64,000 nt of DNA from Utricularia gibba (GCA_002189035.1 NEEC01000002.1:5642001-5706000); one strand, 5' to 3'; shown: positions 1 to 13,184, counted from the stretch's first letter. The notes: generated from the letters alone by a model not told the origin. Made by a program: numbers and translations.

Positions 1-539
1 TTCCCCAAGATCCAACAAGTAGCAAAAAGAGCAAAAGTTTGTACTGAGAAAAGAAATAGGTTTGAAAAGGAGCGCCAAAGTTGTAAGAAAAACAGATCAA
101 CTTACAGAAACACTACCCAAGAATGGGGTTCCTGGAAACACACGACTCATGTAGCAACAAATAAAAGTAAAAGCAAATATAGCGCTGTTCATAGTCAAGA
201 GCAACTGCGAAGAAATGCAAAAATCAAAGCAAAATACGTGAGACATTTTTTAGTTCTTCCTAAATCAAATAATTGTTCTGAAAGGTGAGAAAGATGAGTG
301 ATTGTCTTCACTTTATAACTTAATTTGACGCAAAAACAATTGAAATTCTTCCCCAGCGTCTCGTTCCATCAAACATCGTCTGTTGGTAGGATAATGTTAC
401 ATCCAATACAAAAGAAGTTCATATGGCTTTAGAACAAATGAGCTTACATTTGCTGATTAATTAGAACGAATCAAAGAATGTATGAGACAAAGGCTCTTCA
501 CTTGAGAGCTCAAAAAAGAAAAAAATGGATTTCAGTTCC

Positions 540-1842
540 TCAAGAGAAGGCAGTTGGTAGGGCTGTGCAGTTGAGAGCCGCCAGCGTTGGTTGAATGAGG
601 CTTTGTTCGATCCGGACCGCGATCTCCTGCGTAAAGTGTATGCCGTCCCAAAACATATGATGCTCGGGATTCGAGCACGCGGGCACCCCCGCAGTCCCAC
701 AGAACCTGTTGCTGCTATAGTTGTATCTGCCTCCGATCCCGCAACAAGTTTGCAGGGCAGTGTCCGCATGGCCTTCTGCAATCAGTCGCAAGTGAATATG
801 TTAATTCTTTCCAATAAGAATCTCTTTCTGTAATAGTTGTAATAAGGGCTCATGGACTTGCCTTGATTCAGTCTGTCGAGAACTTGTATGAAGCCCTCGT
901 CGAAGGCCCCGTAGATGAGGGTGACGTTGGGGAACTCCTGGCCCAACCTGTTGATGGCTTGGCGCAGATAGTTGTTTTTCAAAGTGATCAGCCTGTTCAC
1001 GCTGCTGAGGCATCCCAAACGATCATACGCCGTGGGATCGTTGGAGGGCAGAGCGTTCAGGATGTACGGGAAGCATCCAAGGGGAGCGCTGCCCGGAATG
1101 ACGATGAGCCTGGCACCCATTCTGATGAGCTCCTGCAAGTCAGGCGGTGGTGTTAGCATCAACAAATGCAACTTGCAGGCATGATTCGAGCAAAGAAAAT
1201 GGCTTTATGTACCCTTGTGGTCTTGATTTGTTCCCTTGTGATGGGGCCGATGAAAGACTGCGCTTCCTGAAGGGTCCTCCCTTCCATGAGGGCGTACCCG
1301 ATGTCGTTCGCTTCGAGGTCTCCCAGCAGCACCAGCGAGTTGGCTAGTCGATCCGCGATGCACTCAGATGAAGATCCGCAGACAGATTGCAGATGGGTTC
1401 TGAACCATTCGAGTTGGGCGTCGAGGGAAACTGCGTAAGGTGGAATGGTGATGCCTCTCCGGGAGAAGAAGCCGGGATCCATCACCGGACTTCTGGCAAC
1501 CGAAAAGATGACGCCGTTGCTGGAGTTGGACCTCTCCGATAGGTACGGTACGACTTCCGGGAATCCGAAGTCGAAGGCTGCGAAGTCGAAATCTACGAGA
1601 CCATCGGACCACCGCCCGTTGGGGCTGCCTGGATATGTGCGGCCGTAGGGCGGACGTGTGGCCGGAAGCGATGGTCCCCAGGGTTGCACCAGGACGGAGT
1701 TTCCGACGTCAGTGGCGCCGTCGCCGAAATGGTAAAGATAGGGAAATGGGCACACGGGATTACGATTACTCTGTGAGGAGACAAGACCAGAAACCATAGC
1801 AATAACAGCACCCAGGAGCAAGAGCCGAGACATGGAACCCAT
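540..1842 (-). CDS. GDSL esterase/lipase-like protein, copy 1 (378 aa, signal peptide, block I Ser replaced by Gly)
   Basis: Exons 1213-1842, 862-1132 and 540-775 splice in frame (1137 nt). Motifs FGDGATDVGN, GRWSDG, ANDI, PLGCFP, CCGIGG and WDGIH. The second intron is GC-AG. Confidence 0.9.
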
Positions 1843-2595
1843 GTTTTGTTGTTGTTGTTGTTCTTCTTCTTCTTCTTCAAGCTGAATGATCCACTGGCTG
1901 CCCGGCGTCTGTGAATTTATAGGAATCTTAGGAATCTGGGAACGGAAAGCGTCCACTTCTTGACGTGTTGCTGAATTCAAAGTACGACATGTCCCTGGCC
2001 GCGTGTGGGTCTCTCCTCCAAGATGGAGAAATGCCTAATCTGAACAATTCAATGCCCAGATGACACTTTCTTTTCCTCATGCTCGAAATTGGCGTAACTA
2101 GGAATTGTTCTCTTTTCATAATTTACTAAATTGATTCTTTTTAATATTTAAAAATTTTAATTTGTAACCATTGTGTATTAAAATAATAAATTAAGATTCT
2201 GTTATTAAATTCAAAATTTATTAAATTGATTCAATAACTATTTAATGATTAAATAAGAGATTAATTATAAATTAACAAGAAAAATTTTAAAAATGCGCTC
2301 ATTCTTTTCGTTTTTGATGTCTGATTTTACAGAAGCTGACCTTGACAAATCATTTTGACACACAATTTGAAAAATCGCGTTCAGTAAGTGTGAACGCCCG
2401 AAATCCCTTCCTGGTATGCTCCAGTGATGGACTGGACTTTATGCAATAAGGTGGGCCTGGAATGATGTGGCTCTTTTAAAATGGGCCTTGAAGGTACAGG
2501 CCCATAACTTGCTCTCGAATCGAATGTACACCACTTCGGGCCAGCAGTAATATCCTGCGGTATCTGGGATGTGACGGAGGGTTCGACCGATCTTG
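1843..2595. promoter_or_regulatory. Shared divergent promoter between the GDSL-like gene and the small membrane-protein gene
   Basis: About 750 bp separates the head-to-head ATGs. TATA-like CTATAAAT lies about 75 bp upstream of the GDSL ATG. Several TGGGCC/GGCCCA Site II-like motifs occur at about 2450-2505. Confidence 0.6.
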
Positions 2596-2967
2596 ATGAG
2601 CGACTCCCAGCGGAACTCCTCCTCTTCTGAGTCGGCCCAGAAAGCCTCTCCGCCGGACGTCTCGAGTGGCAGAGGGAGAGGAATTCCTCAGGGCCACCGT
2701 TATCCCAATCCGCCGGAAACGGTGAACCCTGACGCGGCGACTCTGAGAGAGCAGTGGCGATTCGCTATCAGACAGTACAGTAAATGGTATTCTCACGCGT
2801 GGGGCACTGCTATTATCGCCGGTCTCTCGTTCTTCGCCCTCGGTTGGGTGATCAAGGGTTCAAATCCTCTCCCGTCCCGCAAATCTGTTGATAGGGATCT
2901 TGGTGCTCCTTCTTCTTCCACCGGAGTTGGTGATGAACGTGAATCTCCAGTCAATCCATCCGTCTGA
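2596..2967 (+). CDS. Small single-exon protein with one predicted TM helix (unknown function), copy 1
   Basis: 123-aa ORF with core NPDAATLREQWRFAIRQYSKWYSHAWGTAIIAGLSFFALGWVIKGSNPLPS. The frame is kept in the diverged third copy (in-frame 6-nt indel). Confidence 0.8.
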   Translation: MSDSQRNSSSSESAQKASPPDVSSGRGRGIPQGHRYPNPPETVNPDAATLREQWRFAIRQYSKWYSHAWGTAIIAGLSFFALGWVIKGSNPLPSRKSVDRDLGAPSSSTGVGDERESPVNPSV

Positions 2968-3255
2968 TCTACGGGGCTCTTCTTGAAATACCCTGGTAAA
3001 ACTGACCAAGCGATTTGCTTCGTACCTTTACCAGACCCATGTTTCAGTTATGTGAGTGCTGCATCGTACTTTCAGATAATCTGGTTCTGTATTCTTCAGG
3101 AATTCTAAGAAGCTTCTTCTTTTCTTAGTGAACTTTGAGATGCATGGATGCCGTTGGCACACCCCAACACTCCCAAAGTTGTGCTCCTTCCCCAGGCATA
3201 TCAACACCATCAAGTCCAGCTCTCCACATTTGCCTGGTCCATCCCGTCTCCTATT

Positions 3256-5165
3256 TGTTGGAAGCCTTCCTCAGCTGGAGAACCACAAGGGTCAATGTAG
3301 CTCTGAGGAAATAGATATGGGTGCAAGTCTGATGCGCTCAAGAACTAAAGAACTCAGCTACAGAAAAATTCTGATCATCTTCAGGCTTTCTTATGTTTTT
3401 GGGCCTTTAGTGGGCCTGCAGACATAATTCTTGCAAGAATTATGGGACATATTTAAATTGTATCAAAAACCCTAGTTAGTGAGAGGAGCTTTTTTGGCAA
3501 AACATGTCTGCCGTTCTTGTTCTCTCATTTTCCCATTTCATTTTCAAAATTAGATTTGAACACAAAACTCTTCATGGTATCCGAGCGATCGTTCCTGCGT
3601 GTACCTGTAAATCCACATCTTAAGTGATGTCGTTCAGTGATCAGAAAAACGCTCCAGTGATTCTTGTCTTCTCTGGCGAGAACTATCATAGATGGGTTAG
3701 GAAAATAACACCTTACCTCAAGTGCAAGAAGCACTGGACAGTGATTTCCAAGGAGGTAAGTGAACCTCACCTGTCTGAAAATCCTACAGCAGCTGAACTC
3801 AAAAAGTTAGAAACTTTTGAGGAAAATAAGTATGCAGCCATCACAGCCCTACATGCCGCACTCACCGAAGAGGTATTCAACAAGATTGCTGACTGTCATA
3901 CGCCTAAGAAAATTTGGGACAAACTTCAAGAGCTCTATGGAGGTGAAGACAAAATGCAAAAATATACTCGTCGAAGTCTGATGGAAGAATTTGAGAGAAA
4001 CATTATGAAGGATTCAGAGAATCTAAAACAGTATTATGAAAGAACATCAAAGCTGGTTAATGAAATCCGAGTCTGGGAGAAGACCTCGCAGACTTCAAGG
4101 TTATAGAAAAGGCTATGATGAGCCTACCTGAAAGATTTGAAGCAAAATTGTGCACCATTGAGGTTGAAGAAAAGCTACGGAAAATTACGGGACATGAAGA
4201 ACCTATGAAATTTCCTGAGTTTATCGGTGAGTTGCAAGCCTCTGAAAAACAGATGCAAATTAGAGAAAACAGAATTACCTCTGACTTCAGTGCTGAATCT
4301 TCCATGTTCTCTAAGGCTCCCTATGCTTCAAAACCTGATGTCGGGCCCTCCAACAAGCACACTAAGTCAAATGGCTGTATTCATTGTGGAAAGAGTGGCC
4401 ATGCCTCAGAAAATTGTTGGCAGAAAAATGCTGTTCCCTGTATTCATTGCCAAAGGTTCTTTCACAAACCAAAGGTATGCTGGTATCATCCCGAAGCCCT
4501 ATGTGAGTATTGCAATGTCAAGGGACATGTGGAAAAGGTGTGCTCGATAAAGAAATCCAAAACTCCAATGATTGAGAAACCAAGGATAGAAATACTGACC
4601 AAGCTGCATCCTTTATGTATTTAGGAGAACCGATGATCTCCATACTAGATGCATGTGATGCTGAATACGCCCTGATGTCTAGCATGCACAATGCAAACAG
4701 AGGCTGGTATGTTGACAGTGGAGCTACCTATCATATTTGCACAGATCTGCATATGTTCTCTGAAATGAAGGGGAGTGCAAACAGAAATGTATGGGGATCT
4801 ACTGGCCATGCAACAAAAATTCTGGGCAAGGAACAATACATCTACCAGTGTCTGGCGGCTTTTTTATCATTAACGACGTGTGCTATGCCCCTCAGGTTGT
4901 ACAGAATCTATTAAGCTTGGGACAATTACAGACTCAAGGCTTTCAAGTGGAGCTACTAAATGAAGGCATCAGAATCCTTGATCCAATAAACAACAGATGT
5001 ACAATGGTCTTGAAGCTCAATAACAATCTGTATCAAATCAAGGTAGCAAATACTCATGAAGTGGCTTTTCTGTTTCTAAACAGTCCACTCTATGGCACAA
5101 ACGTTTCAGGCATCACAGCATCAAAAATCTAAAAACATTTCATGAGACAAACTTATCAAATCTAT
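3256..5165 (+). mobile_element. Ty1/Copia element A, 5' part (LTR, PBS, frameshifted gag-protease, truncated at GAG-pre-integrase)
   Basis: LTR TG..CA 3256-3574 preceded by CTATT. PBS TGGTATCCGAGC at 3575. Gag with CxxCxxxxHxxxxC knuckles, protease WYVDSGATYHI, then LWHKRF. Confidence 0.9.
3423..3444. repeat. Perfect 22-bp palindrome inside the Copia A LTR
   Basis: CATAATTCTTG|CAAGAATTATG is self-reverse-complementary. Confidence 0.95.
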
Positions 5166-7272
5166 TATTTTACACAATTATCCTATAAATATGTTGGATC
5201 ATGTGGGCTTTAGAAGATTTTGTTATTCTTTAAACCCTACATTTAATATGATATCTAGACATTCTCTTAGAAGGGATATCATGAATATGTATGTAAATTT
5301 CAAACCTAACTACTATTTGATGTTAAAAAAATGAACGATTGCATTGTTATTACTATTGACATGTTGACATCAAATAATAGTAAAAGAGGATTCATGGCCA
5401 TTATTGGATATTTTATTGATGATAGTTGGATTTTGAAGAGTTTTCTATTAATGTTCAATTAAAATGTTTGATTTTTAAAAGCATTATATTTGACTATCTT
5501 ATTTAGTTATTTATCTTCAACATATTTGTATATGTTCCTGCATCCGTGAAGTGATGTTTGATGTATTCCTTAACTCTTTTGTGAATTGGAATATAGACAA
5601 CAAGTTTTCCATAATTAAAATGAATAATTGTTCTGCAAATGATGTTGTAGTTGCATCATTATTGAACAAACTCTCAAGAAAAGACTTACTCCTTGATGGG
5701 AATATACTACATATGTGTTGTCATGATCATTCACTGAACTTAATTGTGTAGGATGGCTTAAATATGATTAAGGAATCAATACAATGCATCCGTGAAAGTG
5801 TATTGTTCTCGAAAGCTTCATCAAAAAGGGTAGAAAAATTGGATTATACTACAAATCAGTGTAAGATTACATTTAATCAAAAATTATCATCTGATTGTAG
5901 TACATAATGGAATGCTATATCTCTAATGCTTGAGACAATCATAAATTATAGAGAAGTGTTTTCACATCTTACATATATGGATAATATGTATAAATATGTG
6001 TTTAATGATGATGATTGAGATAAAGTAGCAAAGATTTGTGATAAATTCAAAGTTTTTTATAATGCAACATTTATGTTTTTGCATACTCTTCTATGCACTT
6101 CAAATGAGTTCTTTCCCATAGTTTGTGATATAAGGATTAAGTTTGATGAATAGAAAAGAAGTGAAAACTGTATGATTTCTACTTTGGTAACAATGATGCA
6201 TGAAAAATTTTCCAAATATTGGGATTCTTGTCACTTGATTTTAAGTGTTGTAGCACTTTTGGACTCTTGATATAATATGAGACTTGTTCAATTTTATTTT
6301 CAGAAAATTTATGATAGGATCACTGTTAATTTGAAAATTGAGAAAGTGCAGAAAAATTGTTAGAAGCTATTGAAATATTATACAATTTATATTTCAAGTT
6401 CTGTACATTCATTTACAAATAAAGAAAATTATGGTTTTAACTTCATAAATGGTAATATTGGTTCATCCTCTTACTCTACGTGTTGTTCAATGCTATTATA
6501 TAATAAATTTGTGACAAATGAATTTGTTATGTATAACTCTAATGAATTAGAAATTGATTGGTACTTGAAGGAGCTGATTTTGTCATAAATGGAAAATTTC
6601 AATGTTTTTGGATGGTGGTCCATTAATCGAGATTCATATCTTATATTAAAAAATATAGCTAATGATATTTTAGCTATTCCAATATCTACCGTGGCCTTTG
6701 AATTTGCATTTACTGTGGGTATGAACATTATTATCCTTTAACATAGTAGACTTAGTGAAGATATATTGGAAGCATTAATGTGTACTCGTGTATCGTTGTA
6801 GGATGAAATTGGAGATAAATATACTTATTTTTAATATTGTATTTTTTATTTACTAACCATTCTTTTTATGTGTATTAGGTGGGAAACAATACAAAAGTTT
6901 TGATGAAAATGATGATGGAGAGAATATTGACGATGAACTTGAAAAGGTTGGAGAATACCATTTTGAAAGTTTTATTAATTAATTAAATTATGATATTTTT
7001 GAGTAACTTTAGTTTTTAAATTACTTGTTTTCTTTGAAAAATTGATTTTACATACTAATATTTTTCTATTGAGTATTTGTTTTTATTATAGATTAATGTA
7101 AAATTTTGAAATGTGATTGTCAGATCTTAGGGTTTTACCTGAAACCAAGACAAAATTACGAAATCGTACAAGAACTGTAGTTTTAGTTTCAGTTCTAGAT
7201 TCTTAAAAATTTCTGTGGGTCAGCTATGGGTCCGGTAGGAACCAAACCAAAACCAGCCCACGTACAAGCTTA
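5165..7272 (+). mobile_element. 5'-truncated degenerate hAT (RICESLEEPER-like) transposase with 3' terminus
   Basis: Degenerate motifs NWNIDNK..MNNCSANDVVV, HMCCHDHSLNLIV, and the dimerisation domain FGWWSINRDSYLILKNIANDILAIPISTVAFE. Multiple stops. Candidate terminus ...CACGTACAAGCTTA at 7272. Confidence 0.85.
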
Positions 7273-7399
7273 ATCATAGTTTATTACGACTAAACGCATC
7301 TACATATAATGATTGGAATAATGGTTCTTGAAAGCAACCATATTGAAAATATAAAAAATAAATAAGTTCTACTAGCAATTAATTAAAATCATTCAAACC

Positions 7400-9400
7400 A
7401 GAAAATATCAAATTCATCAGACTATTCTACAAGTGGTAAATTCATTCCTCAATCTATCTTGTTGTGTATTCTTGTAAGATGCTATTGACCAATAATAGTG
7501 TGACAATATGTAGGTTCATGGTATAAGCTCTAACCTCGATAGGATACATAGGTATTAGAATCAAGAAGTCTGAAAACTTTTTCACTATTCATTTGCCACA
7601 AAACGTGCAATACATTGAGACTAATTATGAGATCATCAGCACTTACCTTCACCTTTTCAGCATAAGGACCATGCATAAGTCATTGCATTTTTTGTTTGAA
7701 TCTTTTTAAGGTACATTATCAACTTTCTTAGATTATAGGTTGCTCCAGTATTGTAAGTCATTTGCTTAAATATTTTGCTACCAAATTTTTTTGTTGAAGT
7801 TGGAAACATAATGATACAAATACCAAAAGTGAGCTAAATGACCTTCTTAAAATCCAACATAATTGCTCATAGCTATAAGCATGCCTCCAACTCTATCTGA
7901 GATTATGCTTGTCTTACCTCAACAAAAAAATTACTCATTCAGTAAATTTATAAACCAAAGATATGTATCTTTACTCTTCTCGTCAACAAATACATAGTCT
8001 AGCAATAAGATGTGACCATCTCGATCCTTAATAGTGGTTGCGAGCAACTTGTGATCATAATGTCCATATAAAAAAGTAGCATCTACTATAATAACAAGCT
8101 GGAAAAACGTGAATGCTTGAATAAAGAGACTATAGGTCCAAAAACATGATATGGATTTTATGGTTCCCTCCTACGACAATGAGAAAACAGTCCCATGAAA
8201 CCATTGTACTTGAATTAACCTACATGATTACCACAAATAATATAAGTAGTTTTTGCATTGATAATTCTCATGTTCCATAGACCAAATTAAAAGCAAGTTG
8301 AGCACAATACCATGCACGTTCATAAGTAATCTTCTTTTGATATTTTTCAAAAATACATTTTTGAGAATTTGCAATCTTCATCTCTACAACAAATAAAAGT
8401 TATTAAAAATTTAAATTATCTAAAGAAATTTAAAAAATATTTAAATTATACATCAATCTCTATGTGTAGTAATATGCATTAGTTCATATCCGATGAATAA
8501 ATCAAAAAAGTTGCGATGTTGAACTTCATCTATTATGCCATGCAAATATGTGAAACGTCATAGACCAATATTTGTCAAACTCTATCACGTGCAAATTGTA
8601 TAATCCTTAGGTGTCAATAACATTCAAAATCCATATTAGTATGAGCACATTTGCCCTTCCAGAATTCAAGCTAATTAATGGGAACAATGAATTTATATTT
8701 TCTTTTTATATGATAGTGGGCAACACAATATTGGGAATGGACTTTACTAGCAAATGCATTTTTCTTGTTCAACACATGTAACTTCTCATTGTACCACCTA
8801 TATTTACCACCATATTTAAGTTCTTTGAGCACAAAAGTGTTTACTAATTTTTTTTGGAAAGGGGGTACTCTTCCCTCACATAACATTCTAGAGAATTGTT
8901 GAGAGCAAGATTAAGGTAATCATATTGCACAAGGTGCCTCAATTATAGTCTATGGTGTTTCATCCTTGCAAATATTCTTTGAAGGGACTTTAAAATCATT
9001 ACTCGAGTCAATATCTCCACAACATCATCAAAGTTGACCACATCTTAAAAAAAATCAATGATAATATTTTCATACATTTACACTTAACATCTTTAAAATT
9101 ATCTTCTAAGGGGAATCCTTTAGTTACGTTCACACTAGGGTTGTTATCATGCCTTAAAGATAATGATAATTGAAGACTCGGAGATACATCTACAATACAA
9201 TTAATTATTATAAATATAAAAAATGGATAGTTCTTAACATATGTAATAAAACAAATACATGCATAATTGACATCCGGCATATTGTTGCAAGTCCATAAAG
9301 GAGTATGCAAACTTTCAACAAATTGATATTTTTGTTGTTCAATGTCATGTTACTTGAATATAGAGAATCGGATGACATTCCAAAAAATTGAAAAAATACA
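7400..9400 (-). mobile_element. Degenerate Mutator-like (MULE/MuDR) transposase
   Basis: Minus-strand fragments FASKVHSQYCVAHYHIKRKY, ITYERAWY and LVIIVDATFLYGHYDHKLLATTIKDRDGHILLLDYVFVDEKSKDTYLWF match MuDR/MULE transposase motifs. Boundaries approximate. Confidence 0.75.
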
Positions 9401-10187
9401 TATCTATTCTGAAATGATAAAAACAAATATCAATTTAAATAAAAGTAATTTATGGATAATAATAAAAATGTAATCAACAATTGTATAATTATTATAAAGT
9501 ATCAAAAAATTAAATAAAAAAATTACAAAAGGAAAAAATGATATTACTAAATTTTTATTCAATTCTAATTTTACTCAAACTTGAATATAAATGAAAGAAT
9601 TTATAAAGGTATAAGATATATATACATATAAGAAAATATGATTTGCATTAAGGTGACATCATTGATGGTGTGCTCCAATAAGTCACTGTTGTTGGTGGGG
9701 AGACTTATCTAAAACATCATCAATGATGGTGCAAGCCATTCTGAATATCCAAAGCACCACTAATAATAGTATATAATATTAATAATATAATATAATTATT
9801 TACCAATATTATGTAATTTAGTTTTTTTTCTGCATATCAGGTATGATATTTACATTAGTGCCATGCCATCTCATCTAAATGGTTTTCTCCCTTCTAGCCA
9901 TTATTCTAATAAGGTATTTTGTAGTTGGATATATAAATTTTATATCTAAATTTATATATACATATCAATATTTGATTAACTAGTATATATACTAATCTTA
10001 TATAATTACATCATTCACATACTCACTTGTTAAATATATGAATGTTATATAAAAATGGGAGAGGCTAACTATATGTATACTACTCCTAATTCAAACTTCT
10101 ATTCTTAAATATAAAACATTATATACGATTGAATATATACATATTTAATTATAATATACTTAAACATACTAATCATCTACTATTAAA

Positions 10188-10522
10188 CATGATCATGAAA
10201 ATGGTGACTCCACAACACGATCGCTGTTTAAATTTGAGTAATTTTATTGTTAGAAGCAGACTGATGCTAGAAAGGAGCTTGTCTTACATGGATGAAACCA
10301 TCAAAAATAAGTGTGCATAAGTTGTCTGAGATTCAAGGCCGTGTAAGTTCTTTGCAAGTTGTTTATACAAAGTCTAATACGCCAACTAGTCCAAACATTA
10401 CTCAAGAACCTACATGCTTGATCACCAGTCCAAAACACTACTCAAAATGCTAAACTTTTTTGTGAGTGGATCATGAAGTCTGCATCCTTTATTCTCTTCT
10501 GAATACAAGGCAGGGCTAATAG
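10188..10522 (-). other. Host flank downstream of Copia A, homologous to about 53163-53500
   Basis: Reverse complement aligns with 53163-53500 at roughly 85-90% by eye. It begins with the second TSD copy (CTATT, plus-strand AATAG 10518-10522). Confidence 0.85.
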
Positions 10523-10666
10523 TGAAGAGTTTTGTGTTCAAATCTAATTTTGAAAATGAAATGGGAAAATGAGAGAACAAGAACGGCAGACATGTTTTGC
10601 CAAAAAAGCTCCTCTCACTAACTAGGGTTTTTGATACAATTTAAATATGTCCCATAATTCTTGCAA
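10523..10666 (-). mobile_element. 3' half of the Copia A 3' LTR
   Basis: Matches LTR positions 3431-3574. On the minus strand it ends ..CTCTTCA followed by TSD CTATT. Confidence 0.9.
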
Positions 10667-11076
10667 TGACTTATGCATGGTCCTTATGCTGAAAAGGTGA
10701 AGGTAAGTGCTGATGATCTCATAATTAGTCTCAATGTATTGCACGTTTTGTGGCAAATGAATAGTGAAAAAGTTTTCAGACTTCTTGATTCTAATACCTA
10801 TGTATCCTATCGAGGTTAGAGCTTATACCATGAACCTACATATTGTCACACTATTATTGGTCAATAGCATCTTACAAGAATACACAACAAGATAGATTGA
10901 GGAATGAATTTACCACTTGTAGAATAGTCTGATGAATTTGATATTTTCTGGTTTGAATGATTTTAATTAATTGCTAGTAGAACTTATTTATTTTTTATAT
11001 TTTCAATATGGTTGCTTTCAAGAACCATTATTCCAATCATTATATGTAGATGCGTTTAGTCGTAATAAACTATGAT

Positions 11077-13184
11077 TAAGCTTGTACGTGGGCTGGTTTT
11101 GGTTTGGTTCCTACCGGACCCATAGCTGACCCACAGAAATTTTTAAGAATCTAGAACTGAAACTAAAACTACAGTTCTTGTACGATTTCGTAATTTTGTC
11201 TTGGTTTCAGGTAAAACCCTAAGATCTGACAATCACATTTCAAAATTTTACATTAATCTATAATAAAAACAAATACTCAATAGAAAAATATTAGTATGTA
11301 AAATCAATTTTTCAAAGAAAACAAGTAATTTAAAAACTAAAGTTACTCAAAAATATCATAATTTAATTAATTAATAAAACTTTCAAAATGGTATTCTCCA
11401 ACCTTTTCAAGTTCATCGTCAATATTCTCTCCATCATCATTTTCATCAAAACTTTTGTATTGTTTCCCACCTAATACACATAAAAAGAATGGTTAGTAAA
11501 TAAAAAATACAATATTAAAAATAAGTATATTTATCTCCAATTTCATCCTACAACGATACACGAGTACACATTAATGCTTCCAATATATCTTCACTAAGTC
11601 TACTATGTTAAAGGATAATAATGTTCATACCCACAGTAAATGCAAATTCAAAGGCCACGGTAGATATTGGAATAGCTAAAATATCATTAGCTATATTTTT
11701 TAATATAAGATATGAATCTCGATTAATGGACCACCATCCAAAAACATTGAAATTTTCCATTTATGACAAAATCAGCTCCTTCAAGTACCAATCAATTTCT
11801 AATTCATTAGAGTTATACATAACAAATTCATTTGTCACAAATTTATTATATAATAGCATTGAACAACACGTAGAGTAAGAGGATGAACCAATATTACCAT
11901 TTATGAAGTTAAAACCATAATTTTCTTTATTTGTAAATGAATGTACAGAACTTGAAATATAAATTGTATAATATTTCAATAGCTTCTAACAATTTTTCTG
12001 CACTTTCTCAATTTTCAAATTAACAGTGATCCTATCATAAATTTTCTGAAAATAAAATTGAACAAGTCTCATATTATATCAAGAGTCCAAAAGTGCTACA
12101 ACACTTAAAATCAAGTGACAAGAATCCCAATATTTGGAAAATTTTTCATGCATCATTGTTACCAAAGTAGAAATCATACAGTTTTCACTTCTTTTCTATT
12201 CATCAAACTTAATCCTTATATCACAAACTATGGGAAAGAACTCATTTGAAGTGCATAGAAGAGTATGCAAAAACATAAATGTTGCATTATAAAAAACTTT
12301 GAATTTATCACAAATCTTTGCTACTTTATCTCAATCATCATCATTAAACACATATTTATACATATTATCCATATATGTAAGATGTGAAAACACTTCTCTA
12401 TAATTTATGATTGTCTCAAGCATTAGAGATATAGCATTCCATTATGTACTACAATCAGATGATAATTTTTGATTAAATGTAATCTTACACTGATTTGTAG
12501 TATAATCCAATTTTTCTACCCTTTTTGATGAAGCTTTCGAGAACAATACACTTTCACGGATGCATTGTATTGATTCCTTAATCATATTTAAGCCATCCTA
12601 CACAATTAAGTTCAGTGAATGATCATGACAACACATATGTAGTATATTCCCATCAAGGAGTAAGTCTTTTCTTGAGAGTTTGTTCAATAATGATGCAACT
12701 ACAACATCATTTGCAGAACAATTATTCATTTTAATTATGGAAAACTTGTTGTCTATATTCCAATTCACAAAAGAGTTAAGGAATACATCAAACATCACTT
12801 CACGGATGCAGGAACATATACAAATATGTTGAAGATAAATAACTAAATAAGATAGTCAAATATAATGCTTTTAAAAATCAAACATTTTAATTGAACATTA
12901 ATAGAAAACTCTTCAAAATCCAACTATCATCAATAAAATATCCAATAATGGCCATGAATCCTCTTTTACTATTATTTGATGTCAACATGTCAATAGTAAT
13001 AACAATGCAATCGTTCATTTTTTTAACATCAAATAGTAGTTAGGTTTGAAATTTACATACATATTCATGATATCCCTTCTAAGAGAATGTCTAGATATCA
13101 TATTAAATGTAGGGTTTAAAGAATAACAAAATCTTCTAAAGCCCACATGATCCAACATATTTATAGGATAATTGTGTAAAATAA
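11077..13184 (-). mobile_element. hAT fragment, mirror copy
   Basis: Mirror of 5165-7272, with identical ORF fragments. Confidence 0.85.

Larger units (their letters stand above)
1..7687 (+). repeat. Left arm of large inverted duplication (may extend beyond window start)
   Basis: Position x mirrors 18350-x (18349-x beyond a 1-bp indel near 4830). The ORF track is mirrored (461..781 vs 17569..17889; 5551..5751 vs 12598..12798). The match ends at ...cataagtcattgca 7687. Confidence 0.97.

Noticed and set aside
1843-1980. N-terminal extension of the 273-aa ORF (MNSATRQ...EEEEEEQQQQQN)
   Set aside because: Non-ATG start that runs through the TATA box and the 5'UTR microsatellite. The signal peptide begins at ATG 1842.
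461-2796. Many overlapping alternative-frame and antisense ORFs over the GDSL and small genes, and their copies
   Set aside because: Shadows of GC-rich coding sequence with no independent motifs.
9400-10187. AT-rich part of the spacer as a possible MULE TIR or Helitron end
   Set aside because: No matching inverted terminus, TSD or hairpin-CTRR found by eye.
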